Source: a virus
Strand: one strand, 5' to 3'
IMG/VR virus record: IMGVR_UViG_3300028392_000030
Span: 96,001 to 160,000 of that record
DNA: 64,000 nt
The notes under the pieces are model-generated. The model was given only the letters and a program-made list of their open reading frames with translations. It was not told the origin of the DNA and did no database searches. Of the stretch, positions 1-10,332 are shown piece after piece (the first letter of the stretch is position 1; every line of letters begins with the position of its first letter). The translations under genes and the position numbers were made by a program.

Positions 1-489
1 GCGTGGAAGATCATTGGGCAATATCTTGTTTCGGTAACTGTAGAGAATACTGTGTAGGTCAGGTGTCATCTGTTCGATCACTCGATCTCTACAGTCATTG
101 GGTCTGTTAATAGGCATAAATGCCAGGTGTTGATATGTTCTATCGGGTTGGTAGTTTCGATAGCCCAGTTGGTCGTACCACAACGACTCATTATACCAAA
201 ACCAGTTGGTGTTTAACAAGCAATAGGCCCAGTCGTAATCAGTATCCACTCTTTCCCAAAGATTATTGATCACTACCCGGTGTCCAGATTTAGATAATTG
301 TTGTGCCCATTGCCGAATAGTTGTGTTGTTTAAATCCACAACATCGATTACGTAAATGTCATTTAGATCTTCTACGCCATTGAATCTACAAGTCTGAAAA
401 TACGTTTCAAACAACGGTTGTATGTAGTTTGGCCATATCGAGCGCCGAAACGATGGATGCGTGACTAGTTTTACACGATTCATTGTCAT
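1..489 (-). CDS. Partial ORF running off the left edge (163 codons, MTMNRVKLVTHPSF...); hypothetical, possibly related to 5722..6906
   Basis: Not in ORF track; hand-translated open frame 489->1; its ATG overlaps the TGA of 486..1718 (ATGA coupling). Confidence 0.75.
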   Translation of the reverse strand, partial: MTMNRVKLVTHPSFRRSIWPNYIQPLFETYFQTCRFNGVEDLNDIYVIDVVDLNNTTIRQWAQQLSKSGHRVVINNLWERVDTDYDWAYCLLNTNWFWYNESLWYDQLGYRNYQPDRTYQHLAFMPINRPNDCRDRVIEQMTPDLHSILYSYRNKILPNDLPR

Positions 490-1718
490 TGCCCGTGTGG
501 GTTCTCTGGGCTGATATAACCAATCAATTTAGCAAACTCGGGCTGAACTGCGACCAAGTTTTGGCTGCGTCTACGATCTAAGTTGCCAACTTCTCTACGT
601 AATTGTTCGCCATCTAGACTGGCTCCACGATTCATAAAATCTGCCACACGTCGAAATTCTTCTTGAACGTGGTTTGGAACATCAGCTGCAAGAAGTCGTT
701 CGGTAATCACTTGTTTAGCATGTTCTGGCAGGCTACTGATACTAAAGAAGTATGCATCGTGCATCATATTCCAGTAGATAAAATCCATCTGTTGTTCTAA
801 AATCCACAGTGCTACAGTTTCTAAATAGTAAACGTTAAACACATTTATAGTGCAACAAATTTGTAAACGAATATTCTTGTGTTGGCCACGTAGCTCACGG
901 AACCGAGCAACGTTGTTGACCACTTCGATCCATACTGCATTTGATCTTTGATATTCAAAGCGTTCACCTACATCGTCGATACTGAATGCTATTTCTACTA
1001 TCTTAAAATGCCGCCAAATCTCTTCGGCGTTGTCGGGCCACTGAGTACCGTTGGTGTTGTAATGTATTTCTATATTGCCAGCCAATCCACGATCAACCAG
1101 GCCTTGTAACATGTTAAAATGCTCTTGGATCATAAAAGGTTCGCCGCCGGTAAACTCTATATACTGTATTTGATCCGATATGCCGGCTATTTCGTTCCAA
1201 AACTTTTGATTTTCTCTGGGCCAAGCGCCTTGACGCAGCATATGATAATGATGATTATCTTTTCTATCTTCATTACGCATTAGATGCTGTAGTTCTTCAG
1301 CAGCATACGTGCTGGAACTCCACGAGCCGCAGATGCGACATTTAAGATTGCAAATATTACCCAATTTAAGATCAACAAACATCAAGGGTTTTGCATCCGC
1401 AGTCCAATCTTGATCGGGCAACATGTGTTTAAGACGATCTAATGTGTGCATACGTTTGCTGGTGCGGCCAGCACGTTCTTCCTTCCAACACTTGCGACAT
1501 GTGTTGGGTTGTTTGCCATCAACAAATTCCTGACGCAGTGCTCGCATGTTGGCACTGTTTTGTATTGCTTTAAAATCAGCAGTGGCCAAATTAAACTTGT
1601 CGCCAGCATCATCTACCAATTCATCGTCGGCTAAACAACAAGGACGCACAGTACCAATAGGACTGGCTTCTAAACTGACCCAAGGTAATACGCAAAATTT
1701 ATCGTGTGGTATTTTCAT
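486..1718 (-). CDS. Radical SAM protein with N-terminal SPASM/twitch-like domain
   Basis: CNLKCRIC (CxxxCxxC), FTGGEP, YNTNGT; N-terminal FCVLPW...RPCC...CRKCW. Confidence 0.9.
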   Translation of the reverse strand: MKIPHDKFCVLPWVSLEASPIGTVRPCCLADDELVDDAGDKFNLATADFKAIQNSANMRALRQEFVDGKQPNTCRKCWKEERAGRTSKRMHTLDRLKHMLPDQDWTADAKPLMFVDLKLGNICNLKCRICGSWSSSTYAAEELQHLMRNEDRKDNHHYHMLRQGAWPRENQKFWNEIAGISDQIQYIEFTGGEPFMIQEHFNMLQGLVDRGLAGNIEIHYNTNGTQWPDNAEEIWRHFKIVEIAFSIDDVGERFEYQRSNAVWIEVVNNVARFRELRGQHKNIRLQICCTINVFNVYYLETVALWILEQQMDFIYWNMMHDAYFFSISSLPEHAKQVITERLLAADVPNHVQEEFRRVADFMNRGASLDGEQLRREVGNLDRRRSQNLVAVQPEFAKLIGYISPENPHGQ

Positions 1719-3043
1719 CTAAGCGGTATCCTTGTGTCTCGGGGTCGATATTCCGCAATGGCTGCCAGTTCTGGAACTACACTCAATAAACTTTCTGAGC
1801 GGCTCCAATCTAAATCATTGACAGTTTCCCAAAAGCGCGGCAACAAATGACTGTTGTCTGTGGCCATCATAAAGGCAATTGCACCTTCAAAACCGCCGAT
1901 AGCTCGGTGTATAGGATCTTTGTCTTGTAACCACGCAATATGCTGTTCAAACTCCTGTTTAAATTGCAATTTAATAGGCATAGGCAACAGATCAATTCTA
2001 TAATTATCTGGTCCTTGCAAGATGTTTAGATTAAAATCTTTGGCCTGAATAAAGCCAGACTCCACCATGTAACGATGGAATCGTGTAAAATTCCAAATGT
2101 TCATTATGCTGAGTGTGGGACTAATCATAAAGTCAATGTGCGGGCATTCGCGTTTGAGGTCTCGTATGTTTTGTTCTACCTGCGCCCAATCAGTGCCCGA
2201 GCGTATAATAGCTGCACGGTCGCCCATGTCATCCAAACTGGCTGCTACACAGATAGTAGGAAAATGCTTCCACAAGTCCAACACATTTTGTTTTTTAAAT
2301 TTAAGTTCAGTCAAATTGGTGTTGTAGACCAAACGCACACGAGTGTTGCCTTTTTTAATCAGCAATTTAAGTATGCGATTGTGTTCTTCCATGATCAAGG
2401 GTTCGCCGCCGGCAAAGTATATTTGATCCAGATGTGGCACATGCTCTTGCATTTGTTCCCAAACATCTTCTTCGTGACGCCCAGCAAATTGCACACGTGG
2501 GCGCAGTTCCTTACCCCACAGTCGAACATCATCGTCGTACCACCGGCTTGAGAATATGCTGCCACAACTGCGACATTTGAGATTGCATATATTACTGAAG
2601 CGCACATCCCAATAGTGTAACCGCATATCGGGCAAACTACCATCAGGCAAAGTATTGTTAATTTCTGCAACATGGTGACCGAAACTCTTGTTGCTGTTGT
2701 TGCGCATACTGGTAAAGCCAGCGGCTTCTTGTTCGTAACAGTCTCCACACTCTAAGCAAGGTTTGTCCTCCAGCATGTTTTGACGCATCAACCGCATAGG
2801 ATCATCATTCCATATTTCACGCATACTCTTTTCTTTAAAGTTACCCACCGGATGTTTAGCTCGACCCAAACAGCACGGATAAGCCCTACCATCCGGCCAA
2901 GCATGTAAATGTATCCAAGGTAACATACAGAAGTTTTCAGACTCCATTAACCGGTAACGTTGTTCTTCAGTTAGCTCTTCTAATTTGATATAATTAGGTA
3001 TGCGATCTTTCCAATTGTATTTGCCTATAATTTTATCAGTCAT
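1715..3043 (-). CDS. Radical SAM protein with N-terminal SPASM/twitch-like domain
   Basis: CNLKCRSC, FAGGEP, YNTN; N-terminal FCMLPW...YPCC...CGDC. Confidence 0.9.
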   Translation of the reverse strand: MTDKIIGKYNWKDRIPNYIKLEELTEEQRYRLMESENFCMLPWIHLHAWPDGRAYPCCLGRAKHPVGNFKEKSMREIWNDDPMRLMRQNMLEDKPCLECGDCYEQEAAGFTSMRNNSNKSFGHHVAEINNTLPDGSLPDMRLHYWDVRFSNICNLKCRSCGSIFSSRWYDDDVRLWGKELRPRVQFAGRHEEDVWEQMQEHVPHLDQIYFAGGEPLIMEEHNRILKLLIKKGNTRVRLVYNTNLTELKFKKQNVLDLWKHFPTICVAASLDDMGDRAAIIRSGTDWAQVEQNIRDLKRECPHIDFMISPTLSIMNIWNFTRFHRYMVESGFIQAKDFNLNILQGPDNYRIDLLPMPIKLQFKQEFEQHIAWLQDKDPIHRAIGGFEGAIAFMMATDNSHLLPRFWETVNDLDWSRSESLLSVVPELAAIAEYRPRDTRIPLR

Positions 3044-4371
3044 AGTGTATCATACCAGGTTTTTAATACAGGAAAGGTTTCAACAAAATTTTTACCACGT
3101 CGTTGATCGTATTGTTGATGAAACTGTTTAAAGTCGTTGTGTAGTTTGGGCATTTCAAATGTGTCGCTGTGCGGGGTTTTAACACGATCCAAATACTCAA
3201 TCAGTCTGCTGAGATGATTGATTTCATGTTCGTGCATATATAATTGATCCTGGTGTTGGGTTACCCACATGATCAATCGATTGCGATAATACAGCAACAG
3301 GTGTTCTGGTAGAACCAATGGGCTTTGAAAACTAGGGAAACGCAGAATATTAAGAGTAAAACTCACACGCTCGCGTCCGTACATTTTCTTCAGTTCAACC
3401 AGTTTGTCTAACAGGGTATCTAGACTGTTGAGACACAGTGCATTGATGGTACACATACAATGCACCGCACGAATACAGTCAGACTCGAGTAATTTCTCTA
3501 CGTTCTGTAACCAAGCAGGGTAGTCCAGCCCATCTCGAATATACTCGGCTTGATCGTCAACAGCTTCCATGGATGTATAGATATCTACTTCTAAACCCGT
3601 GATGCTGTCTAACAAGCGGTCTACATCTACGTCTACACCTAAGTTGCTGTTGATAGCCAGGCGTGTTGTGCTCTTGCCTTGATTGTTTTTAAACCAATCC
3701 AGCAGTTTCCAAGTCTCGCCCGACATGAGTGGCTCACCGCCGGTGATTCTTAGCTCTTGGAGTGTTTGATGGAGGTCGGATTCCCACCACTTAAAGAACG
3801 CTTCAACATACGGATTTGTCTCACCAAACCGGTATAGTTGAGCACTATCGTGGCTGTGAGTAAAGTGGTTACGCCCATCAGACACCAGGCGCTCATAAGG
3901 GCCGTTTCGCTTGATATCGTTAACCCATGTGCTGCTGAAAGCAGGGTTACAATAGCTACAAGCAAATTGGCAAGTGCGGTCGAATGCGATTTCAAGCGTT
4001 CGAAGATTGACATCTTCTTGACTGGGTGTGTTGTATGCTTCATTTAATGACTCCAATGGATAAATTTTACTTTTGTATACACGGTCGCTGACGGCATCTA
4101 CGCCCATGTCTTCAATCTTCCAACAGTATTCACAACCTGCGGGACGATTACCAGCCTGCATCATAGCACGATCCAATTTTTTAGTTGGAGTATTGTGTAT
4201 GGCTCGAGGATTTGTTTTTAATGCTTCTCGATCTATTGCGTGTGCTGGAGGGTGATGACAACTGGTACTCTGTCCTGAGCCCAACCATATAGTAGCGTTG
4301 TACCATTTGGCCGCGCAAAAGCTGGCACTTTTAGTGTCAAGAACTTGTTGACGAAACTCTAGATCATTCAT
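3040..4371 (-). CDS. Radical SAM protein (AKW...SCHHP subfamily)
   Basis: CQFACSYC, ITGGEP, INSN; N-terminal FCAAKW...SCHHPP...CEYCW. Confidence 0.88.
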   Translation of the reverse strand: MNDLEFRQQVLDTKSASFCAAKWYNATIWLGSGQSTSCHHPPAHAIDREALKTNPRAIHNTPTKKLDRAMMQAGNRPAGCEYCWKIEDMGVDAVSDRVYKSKIYPLESLNEAYNTPSQEDVNLRTLEIAFDRTCQFACSYCNPAFSSTWVNDIKRNGPYERLVSDGRNHFTHSHDSAQLYRFGETNPYVEAFFKWWESDLHQTLQELRITGGEPLMSGETWKLLDWFKNNQGKSTTRLAINSNLGVDVDVDRLLDSITGLEVDIYTSMEAVDDQAEYIRDGLDYPAWLQNVEKLLESDCIRAVHCMCTINALCLNSLDTLLDKLVELKKMYGRERVSFTLNILRFPSFQSPLVLPEHLLLYYRNRLIMWVTQHQDQLYMHEHEINHLSRLIEYLDRVKTPHSDTFEMPKLHNDFKQFHQQYDQRRGKNFVETFPVLKTWYDTL

Positions 4372-5129
4372 TGTGCGTAAGTCTCAGTATTTTCTATTTC
4401 TTTAACAACAATATCTGCCCATAATTTTCCTGCTCGAGCATCAGGGTGTATATTGTCGCTCCTGTATAAATTTCGATCTTTTGCAAGTTCAAAAATTCCA
4501 TTTTTTGCAGCGTCAGTGAATGTAAATTTGTCAAAATTAATTTTATCTATCAATACATCTAATTCTAAATTTTTAACACTTGGATATTCAAATCCATTTT
4601 CAAAATAACTATCGTTCCAATAGTTCATAAAACTCATAAATCTATAATTGATATTTTTTGATTCCAACCATGACTGTAGTTTCAACATGTTCAACAGCGA
4701 CTGAAACACCAGCTCTCTTATTCCACCAAATTTTATAATCGGTTTGGCTATGTCCGACATTGGAAATTTAGGATTATCTCCAATACCGCAGTGTCCATAA
4801 TACACGTCTAATTCATTACGATTTTTAAACTTCCAAAATTGTCCCCAGGTCATCTCATTGATTGCCATATCAATCCTGGTCAAGCCACTCCACATGATCA
4901 ACACCAAATCATAATCAAACTTTATGGTGTTTACTATGGTTGAATCACATATCCACTGGTTACCTGCAGCAAAACTGGCTATGTTTGTTACTTTCCAATC
5001 GGAAGGTAAATGTTCAGGCCAATTTTTATGACTGGATTGTGCATTGCCCTCTGAGGCAGTAAAACTACAACCGTTGACCAAAACTTTTTTTGTTTTAGGA
5101 AAATTTTGTTTAAACTCTAAACTATTCAT
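4368..5129 (-). CDS. SGNH/GDSL-like hydrolase or acyltransferase
   Basis: Block I-like VNGCSFT, AAGN, C-terminal DNIHP (DxxH). Confidence 0.55.
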   Translation of the reverse strand: MNSLEFKQNFPKTKKVLVNGCSFTASEGNAQSSHKNWPEHLPSDWKVTNIASFAAGNQWICDSTIVNTIKFDYDLVLIMWSGLTRIDMAINEMTWGQFWKFKNRNELDVYYGHCGIGDNPKFPMSDIAKPIIKFGGIRELVFQSLLNMLKLQSWLESKNINYRFMSFMNYWNDSYFENGFEYPSVKNLELDVLIDKINFDKFTFTDAAKNGIFELAKDRNLYRSDNIHPDARAGKLWADIVVKEIENTETYAQ

Positions 5130-5725
5130 ATTATTTCCCTTAGACGAGATAATACTTCATCGTATGCTGTAATTTTAGGAAAGCGATCAATATCAGATCC
5201 ACTTAAATCTGGTTCAATTTTTTCGTAAGACAAGGTAGTGTCAAAATATTCTTTGCAGTCATTCCACACAGCCAGAGTTTCGCGCACAGTTTGAACAAAT
5301 GGTAATAATTGCCCATTGGTCAACTGCAACGCAAAATCACGGCTGGCGAATACAGAATCGGCATTTCTATCCTGCTGCCATTTTCCTAAACGATACGATA
5401 TAGCGTAACTCAATGCTTGAGCCGCAATATCTTCTCGATACAATCCAATTATATAAGAGTTATTAAACAAAGAATCCCATTGGTCTTCTGGAGGCATATG
5501 ATTTGGCATAATTTTTACTATGCTCTGCTGAGCAGAATCATATACATGCGGCCTTGACGAGTGATTGTAATGAAACACTTCTCCTAAAAAAGGCAATCCA
5601 GTAATTTTACTCAACAGGTTTCCAAAGGCGGTGCTGCCAGTTCGGTAATTGGCCATTAACACTATACTCCAGTTGCCTGGAATTTCAAACTCGTGGTTGG
5701 TAAGTGTTATCTTAAAGTCGTTCAT
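5126..5725 (-). CDS. Sulfotransferase-like protein (Stf0-like)
   Basis: 5'-PSB-like loop YRTGST, then LGEVF, LYRED..AQALS, LSYE. Confidence 0.6.
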   Translation of the reverse strand: MNDFKITLTNHEFEIPGNWSIVLMANYRTGSTAFGNLLSKITGLPFLGEVFHYNHSSRPHVYDSAQQSIVKIMPNHMPPEDQWDSLFNNSYIIGLYREDIAAQALSYAISYRLGKWQQDRNADSVFASRDFALQLTNGQLLPFVQTVRETLAVWNDCKEYFDTTLSYEKIEPDLSGSDIDRFPKITAYDEVLSRLREII

Positions 5726-6906
5726 TTGATATATTGATTGATAAATTTGTGGAACTGATTGGGTAACTCTCTAGGAACTTGGTGCCGCATTTCGGTATAC
5801 AATGCTTGGTTGTATTTACATACATTATAACACTCTTTGTAGAAACTTGCAAGGTCTTGTTGACACAAGTCTTCAACCACTTTGGCTATACGTTCAATTC
5901 GATCTTGACTACTATCTATTAGATCAAACGATTCGTCTACCACATGACCAAATGTTCGAAATCCTAGATTCTGTATATCTCGATAAAAACCACGATTGGC
6001 CACAGCTATAAATGGATGTCCTACAGCAATGGGTTTCCAAATCTTTTCTGTTCTAAAACTGTATGGGTAATTGAACACTGTTTCGGTTACCAGACTAAAG
6101 TAAGTATCTCTATATGCCGAGCCATCAACTACAGCATCGCCCCAAGTATTGTTAAACAAGTTAAATTTAACAGTACCAGCAGAGGGCAAATGATCTATGT
6201 TGTTTCTAAATGCAGGTGTTTCATACTGTTTGGGTAACAAGTGTAGATCAATTGGCCGTTCCATGCGATCTGTACCATCTTGGTCAAACGTCAATTTGAT
6301 CACGTTCATGTTGTTAAAATTCTGCCAACGTGCCTGCGGCAAAGTTGTTACTAATCTAAGATCAGTGTCAAGGTTTGTCCATAGACTTTGGTCTAACAAG
6401 TTGTTTACTTGGAATCTTTCCAACAGATATTTTCTATGGCTACGCATACGGCCATTTAGAAACAAGAACTTGTATGGCTTATTGGTAATTGCAAAATATT
6501 CATCTATACGGTTGCCTGCCTCAACATTTTCGTCAAAGTCAAATATCTTAGGTAAAAAATATTCATAACTCATGTAGGGCCATTTTTCAGGATCCATGGC
6601 GCCGCCACCGATTAACAGTATTCGACCTTCTTCAATCAGATTGATTAGTCCTTTGACAAAGCACCAAGTGACCAGTGTTTCACTTCCTTCTGCAGCATTG
6701 TCTAATATCACTGTCACTTGTCCTGTGCGAGCTAGCTCTTGTATTTCATAATTATAGTTATTGACCTGTTCTCTGCACATGACATACACAGCACCTGGAA
6801 CTATTTTATGTTGCTTGATATCCCAAAACTCACCGTCGGCCCAAGGTAATAATTCTCTATATACTTCGCTGTGTGTGTCTAATATAAGTTTATGATTTCC
6901 TAGCAT
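5722..6906 (-). CDS. Putative glycosyltransferase-like protein (GT-B, GT10/exostosin-like C-terminus)
   Basis: FLFLNGRMRSHR and SLVTET...TEKIWKPIAVGHPFI resemble the GT10 nucleotide-sugar motif. Confidence 0.45.
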   Translation of the reverse strand: MLGNHKLILDTHSEVYRELLPWADGEFWDIKQHKIVPGAVYVMCREQVNNYNYEIQELARTGQVTVILDNAAEGSETLVTWCFVKGLINLIEEGRILLIGGGAMDPEKWPYMSYEYFLPKIFDFDENVEAGNRIDEYFAITNKPYKFLFLNGRMRSHRKYLLERFQVNNLLDQSLWTNLDTDLRLVTTLPQARWQNFNNMNVIKLTFDQDGTDRMERPIDLHLLPKQYETPAFRNNIDHLPSAGTVKFNLFNNTWGDAVVDGSAYRDTYFSLVTETVFNYPYSFRTEKIWKPIAVGHPFIAVANRGFYRDIQNLGFRTFGHVVDESFDLIDSSQDRIERIAKVVEDLCQQDLASFYKECYNVCKYNQALYTEMRHQVPRELPNQFHKFINQYIK

Positions 6907-7830
6907 TTATAATTGTTCTTTGAAATAATTAATGGTTTTGAGTAGCCCTTGGTCGAGATCAATCTCTGGGCGCCAACCCAATAAAGTGTTGGCTAAATTA
7001 ATGTCTGGCCGGCGTTGTTTAGGATCATCTGCGATAGGCGGCAAATGTATTATGCTACTCAAGGATTCTGTTAACTTGATTATTTTTTTAGCCATATCAA
7101 TCATTGTGTATTCACTAGGGTTGCCAATATTGACCGGACCTATTTCTCCTGAGTTCATTAGAGCTATTAGTCCTCTCACAGTGTCAGACACATAGCAAAA
7201 TGAACGAGTTTGCAATCCTTTGCCATAAACAGTTAAGTCCTGATTGGTCAATGCTTGCATAATAAAATTACTAATTACTCGGCCATCATTCTTTGACAAG
7301 TGTGGACCAAATGTATTGAATATCCTAGCAATTTTAATATCAACGTGGTGTTCTTTGTGATAGTTTATAAAAAGACTTTCAGCACAACGTTTGCCCTCGT
7401 CATAACAGCTCCTTATTCCTAAAGGATTTACATTTCCCCAATAATCCTCTGTTTGGGGCGATACCAGTGGATCTCCATAAACTTCGGAGGTGCTGGTTTG
7501 TAATATGCGAGCTCCGGTGTTGTGTGCCAATTTTAACATATTAATTGCACCTAACACACACGTCTGGATTGTATTAACTGGATCTTTTTGATACCACTTT
7601 GGGCTTGCCGGGCAGGCCAAATTATAAATTTGATCTACAGCAAGTGTTATGGGTTCTTTTACATCGTGTTTAATGAAATCAAATCTAGGATGGTCGCGCA
7701 GTAATTTAATATTGTCAAGACTGCTTGATAGTAAATTATCTAAACAATAAACAGTATGGTCCATTGCTAATAGTTCACGGCATAAATGACTTCCAATAAA
7801 CCCGCTACCACCAGTAACTAATATTTTCAT
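6907..7830 (-). CDS. uxs: UDP-glucuronate decarboxylase (UDP-xylose synthase), extended SDR
   Basis: KILVTGGSGFIG, NLACPASP, STSEVYGDP, CYDEGKR (YxxxK), DDPKQRRPDI; start revised to ATG 7830, which overlaps the upstream TGA. Confidence 0.88.
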   Translation of the reverse strand: MKILVTGGSGFIGSHLCRELLAMDHTVYCLDNLLSSSLDNIKLLRDHPRFDFIKHDVKEPITLAVDQIYNLACPASPKWYQKDPVNTIQTCVLGAINMLKLAHNTGARILQTSTSEVYGDPLVSPQTEDYWGNVNPLGIRSCYDEGKRCAESLFINYHKEHHVDIKIARIFNTFGPHLSKNDGRVISNFIMQALTNQDLTVYGKGLQTRSFCYVSDTVRGLIALMNSGEIGPVNIGNPSEYTMIDMAKKIIKLTESLSSIIHLPPIADDPKQRRPDINLANTLLGWRPEIDLDQGLLKTINYFKEQL

Positions 7831-9239
7831 TGCTGGCTCCAATAGCGACATTCTGCCCACCAAGCTGTCATCTCAGGAAATGTCTTTAAAAAATCAGTTC
7901 CGTGTCTACGATCCGCTTCAGCAAAGAAGCGATAAAAGTCTGCTTTGTTACGATTGATATGTGCAGGATCCAACCGTTGCCCGTCGCGCATCCATGCAAT
8001 GTCTCTATCCAGTCTGGCAATTTCATAATCCTTAAAACCTTGAAATCTTGTCTCTTCTGTTTCAATGTTCTTCATCATGAATGCCCAGACCAGTTCGAGT
8101 TGGTCTACATAACTTTCTGGCAATAGTTGTAGGCTTTGCCATGTGGGTTGACGCAATACCGGAGTATCAAACCATATGCGTTGATATGTCGTGCTGTAGA
8201 TTTTTCTAAGTCCCAAGATACCACTGAACAGTTTGCCTAGCCCTGTTACACTGAGATTATTCATGGTAACAATAAAGGTAATTGAATTACGTCCAGGAAT
8301 ATCTGTTAGAAATTGATTAACACGATCCCACAGTAAACCAAAATCTAACCCATGTCTGATGTATTCAGCCTGTTCCATCCACGAATCTAAACTAACAAAT
8401 TGCATGAAGTGTTCAATCTTTTCGCCTTCACATAATTCTTTAACATAGCCCTTATACTTCTGCCAACTTTTTTCATCTACACTGAAGTTTGACGTTACAT
8501 TTAGATGTAAGTCGGGTTTGGGATTGGCCAACACATAGTCAAATACACGATAGGTGTTCTTGTCTAACAAGGGCTCACCGCCGGTCATGCGGAAGTGTTG
8601 TAGTTCTAGATACAGGGTTGGCCACCACTCCCAGAAAGCATCTACATAAGGGTTGTCTTCACGAACTGGTATAGGCCTATTACGGCCAACAAAATGACTA
8701 GGATCGTTATGAGGAGATGAGGTAGGGTAAGCTCCAAATCTCTCGGTTTCCGCTTGCCAACTGCTACTAAATTGCGGACTACAGTAGGAACACACAAGAT
8801 TACAAGCGTGATTAAAATTAACTTCAACATAGCTAGGAATAACATCTTCATCTCCATTTGAATTTACTACAACATCAAAGTCTTTGGCGGCCCAAGGTTC
8901 GCCCGAACGATAGTGACGGTCGCTTAACTTATTATTGTCTTCCATGGTCCAGCAATAGCTACACTCGCTAGGACGTTCTTGCTTTAACATAATCTTACGT
9001 TGTTCTTTCTTGTAAGGAGTATTATGTAATGCTGACGGATTGTCCGTTAATAGTTCTGCTGGTATTGCATGTAAGGGCGGATGGTAACAACTGTTGTTCA
9101 GTCCTGTAGGCAAGTGTAGACTAACTTGTTTCCACTTGGCCAAGCAAAGTGCAGTACCAAGATTTGCCTTCATGAACTCTGCATCGCCTAGGAACTTTGA
9201 TTTAAAGTCGATTGCAACTTCATCGCCTTTGTTATTCAT
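7827..9239 (-). CDS. Radical SAM protein (AKW...SCYHP subfamily)
   Basis: CNLVCSYC, MTGGEP, TSN; N-terminal LCLAKW...SCYHPP...CSYCW; start revised to MNNKG at 9239. Confidence 0.88.
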   Translation of the reverse strand: MNNKGDEVAIDFKSKFLGDAEFMKANLGTALCLAKWKQVSLHLPTGLNNSCYHPPLHAIPAELLTDNPSALHNTPYKKEQRKIMLKQERPSECSYCWTMEDNNKLSDRHYRSGEPWAAKDFDVVVNSNGDEDVIPSYVEVNFNHACNLVCSYCSPQFSSSWQAETERFGAYPTSSPHNDPSHFVGRNRPIPVREDNPYVDAFWEWWPTLYLELQHFRMTGGEPLLDKNTYRVFDYVLANPKPDLHLNVTSNFSVDEKSWQKYKGYVKELCEGEKIEHFMQFVSLDSWMEQAEYIRHGLDFGLLWDRVNQFLTDIPGRNSITFIVTMNNLSVTGLGKLFSGILGLRKIYSTTYQRIWFDTPVLRQPTWQSLQLLPESYVDQLELVWAFMMKNIETEETRFQGFKDYEIARLDRDIAWMRDGQRLDPAHINRNKADFYRFFAEADRRHGTDFLKTFPEMTAWWAECRYWSQQ

Positions 9240-10332
9240 ATTCGTGATTTCGTAAAATGTTGTCAATGGCAAAAGATTTAAACGGCAATAATTTAAATAA
9301 TTTTTCGCCTCGTAAATTATCCAACAGCAATATGTGTGCAATGGTCTGTTGAAACAAAACTTGATTAATATTGTTGCTAATCAAATTTCTGATGTGCAAT
9401 ATTGTATTATTGTCAATGTTATGATTGTGTTCAAGTTGATCAACTTTATCCAAGGCCAATGATTTCAATGATTCAGGTATTACATCCAACGCCAGATAAT
9501 CTGGCCCTGTCAGTATAATCAAATTGATAGAGATATTATTTAATTTGGCATAATCGTACAAGTCGTTGATAAACCAAATATTTAAAATACTTAATACCGG
9601 ACTGAGAGTAACGTTAATATTTGAGTCGTGTGTGATTGTCAATAACTTTTGTAAATTTGAGTTTATTTTCTCCCAATTGGTTCCAGATCGAATATATTCC
9701 AATGGCTCGCCAACAGCATCTATACTGCACTGTATATTAACTTGTTTAAATTTTTTCCAGAGATCAATGATATTTTTATCTTTATATTTTATTGTAGTTA
9801 GATTGGTGTTATACATTAGTTCTATCTTGCTGGCTTGTCCGCTGTCAACCAGTTCGTCGAGCAATGCCCAGTGTTCGCTATTGATCAATGGTTCGCCGCC
9901 GGTAAAATACATCCATTGCAAGGAGCCAGTGAATAGTATGTCTTTGTAATTGGCCAGATCTTGATTTTCTATAATAGGAAATCTACCAAGCTCTTCAGCC
10001 CATTGGCTGCTAAAATGTGGCCCGCAATACCTACATTTTAAATTGCAAAGATTGGTATTCCTAATGTCAACAAATTGTAAGCCCGGAGCTGCTGTTACTT
10101 TTTTATTAAATCCATTTCTATAGCTGGATAATCCATGGTATTCTGCCACTGCACATTTATTACACGGGTGGTCTGGTGGGCAGTCTTGAGTTTTTAAATC
10201 TACGAATCTGTTTGGATTTGATAATTCAGATATGGGCTTGGAGTAACTGCTGTCAATTTGACAACAAGGACCAATTTTCCCATTGGGGAAAACGGTTACT
10301 CCGTGATCAATTGCCGCACAAGTCCAGGTCAC
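9232..10332 (-). CDS. Radical SAM protein with N-terminal auxiliary-cluster domain (AT-rich)
   Basis: CNLKCRYC, FTGGEP, YNTN; TC...GPCC...CNKC. Confidence 0.88.
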   Translation of the reverse strand: MTWTCAAIDHGVTVFPNGKIGPCCQIDSSYSKPISELSNPNRFVDLKTQDCPPDHPCNKCAVAEYHGLSSYRNGFNKKVTAAPGLQFVDIRNTNLCNLKCRYCGPHFSSQWAEELGRFPIIENQDLANYKDILFTGSLQWMYFTGGEPLINSEHWALLDELVDSGQASKIELMYNTNLTTIKYKDKNIIDLWKKFKQVNIQCSIDAVGEPLEYIRSGTNWEKINSNLQKLLTITHDSNINVTLSPVLSILNIWFINDLYDYAKLNNISINLIILTGPDYLALDVIPESLKSLALDKVDQLEHNHNIDNNTILHIRNLISNNINQVLFQQTIAHILLLDNLRGEKLFKLLPFKSFAIDNILRNHEYE

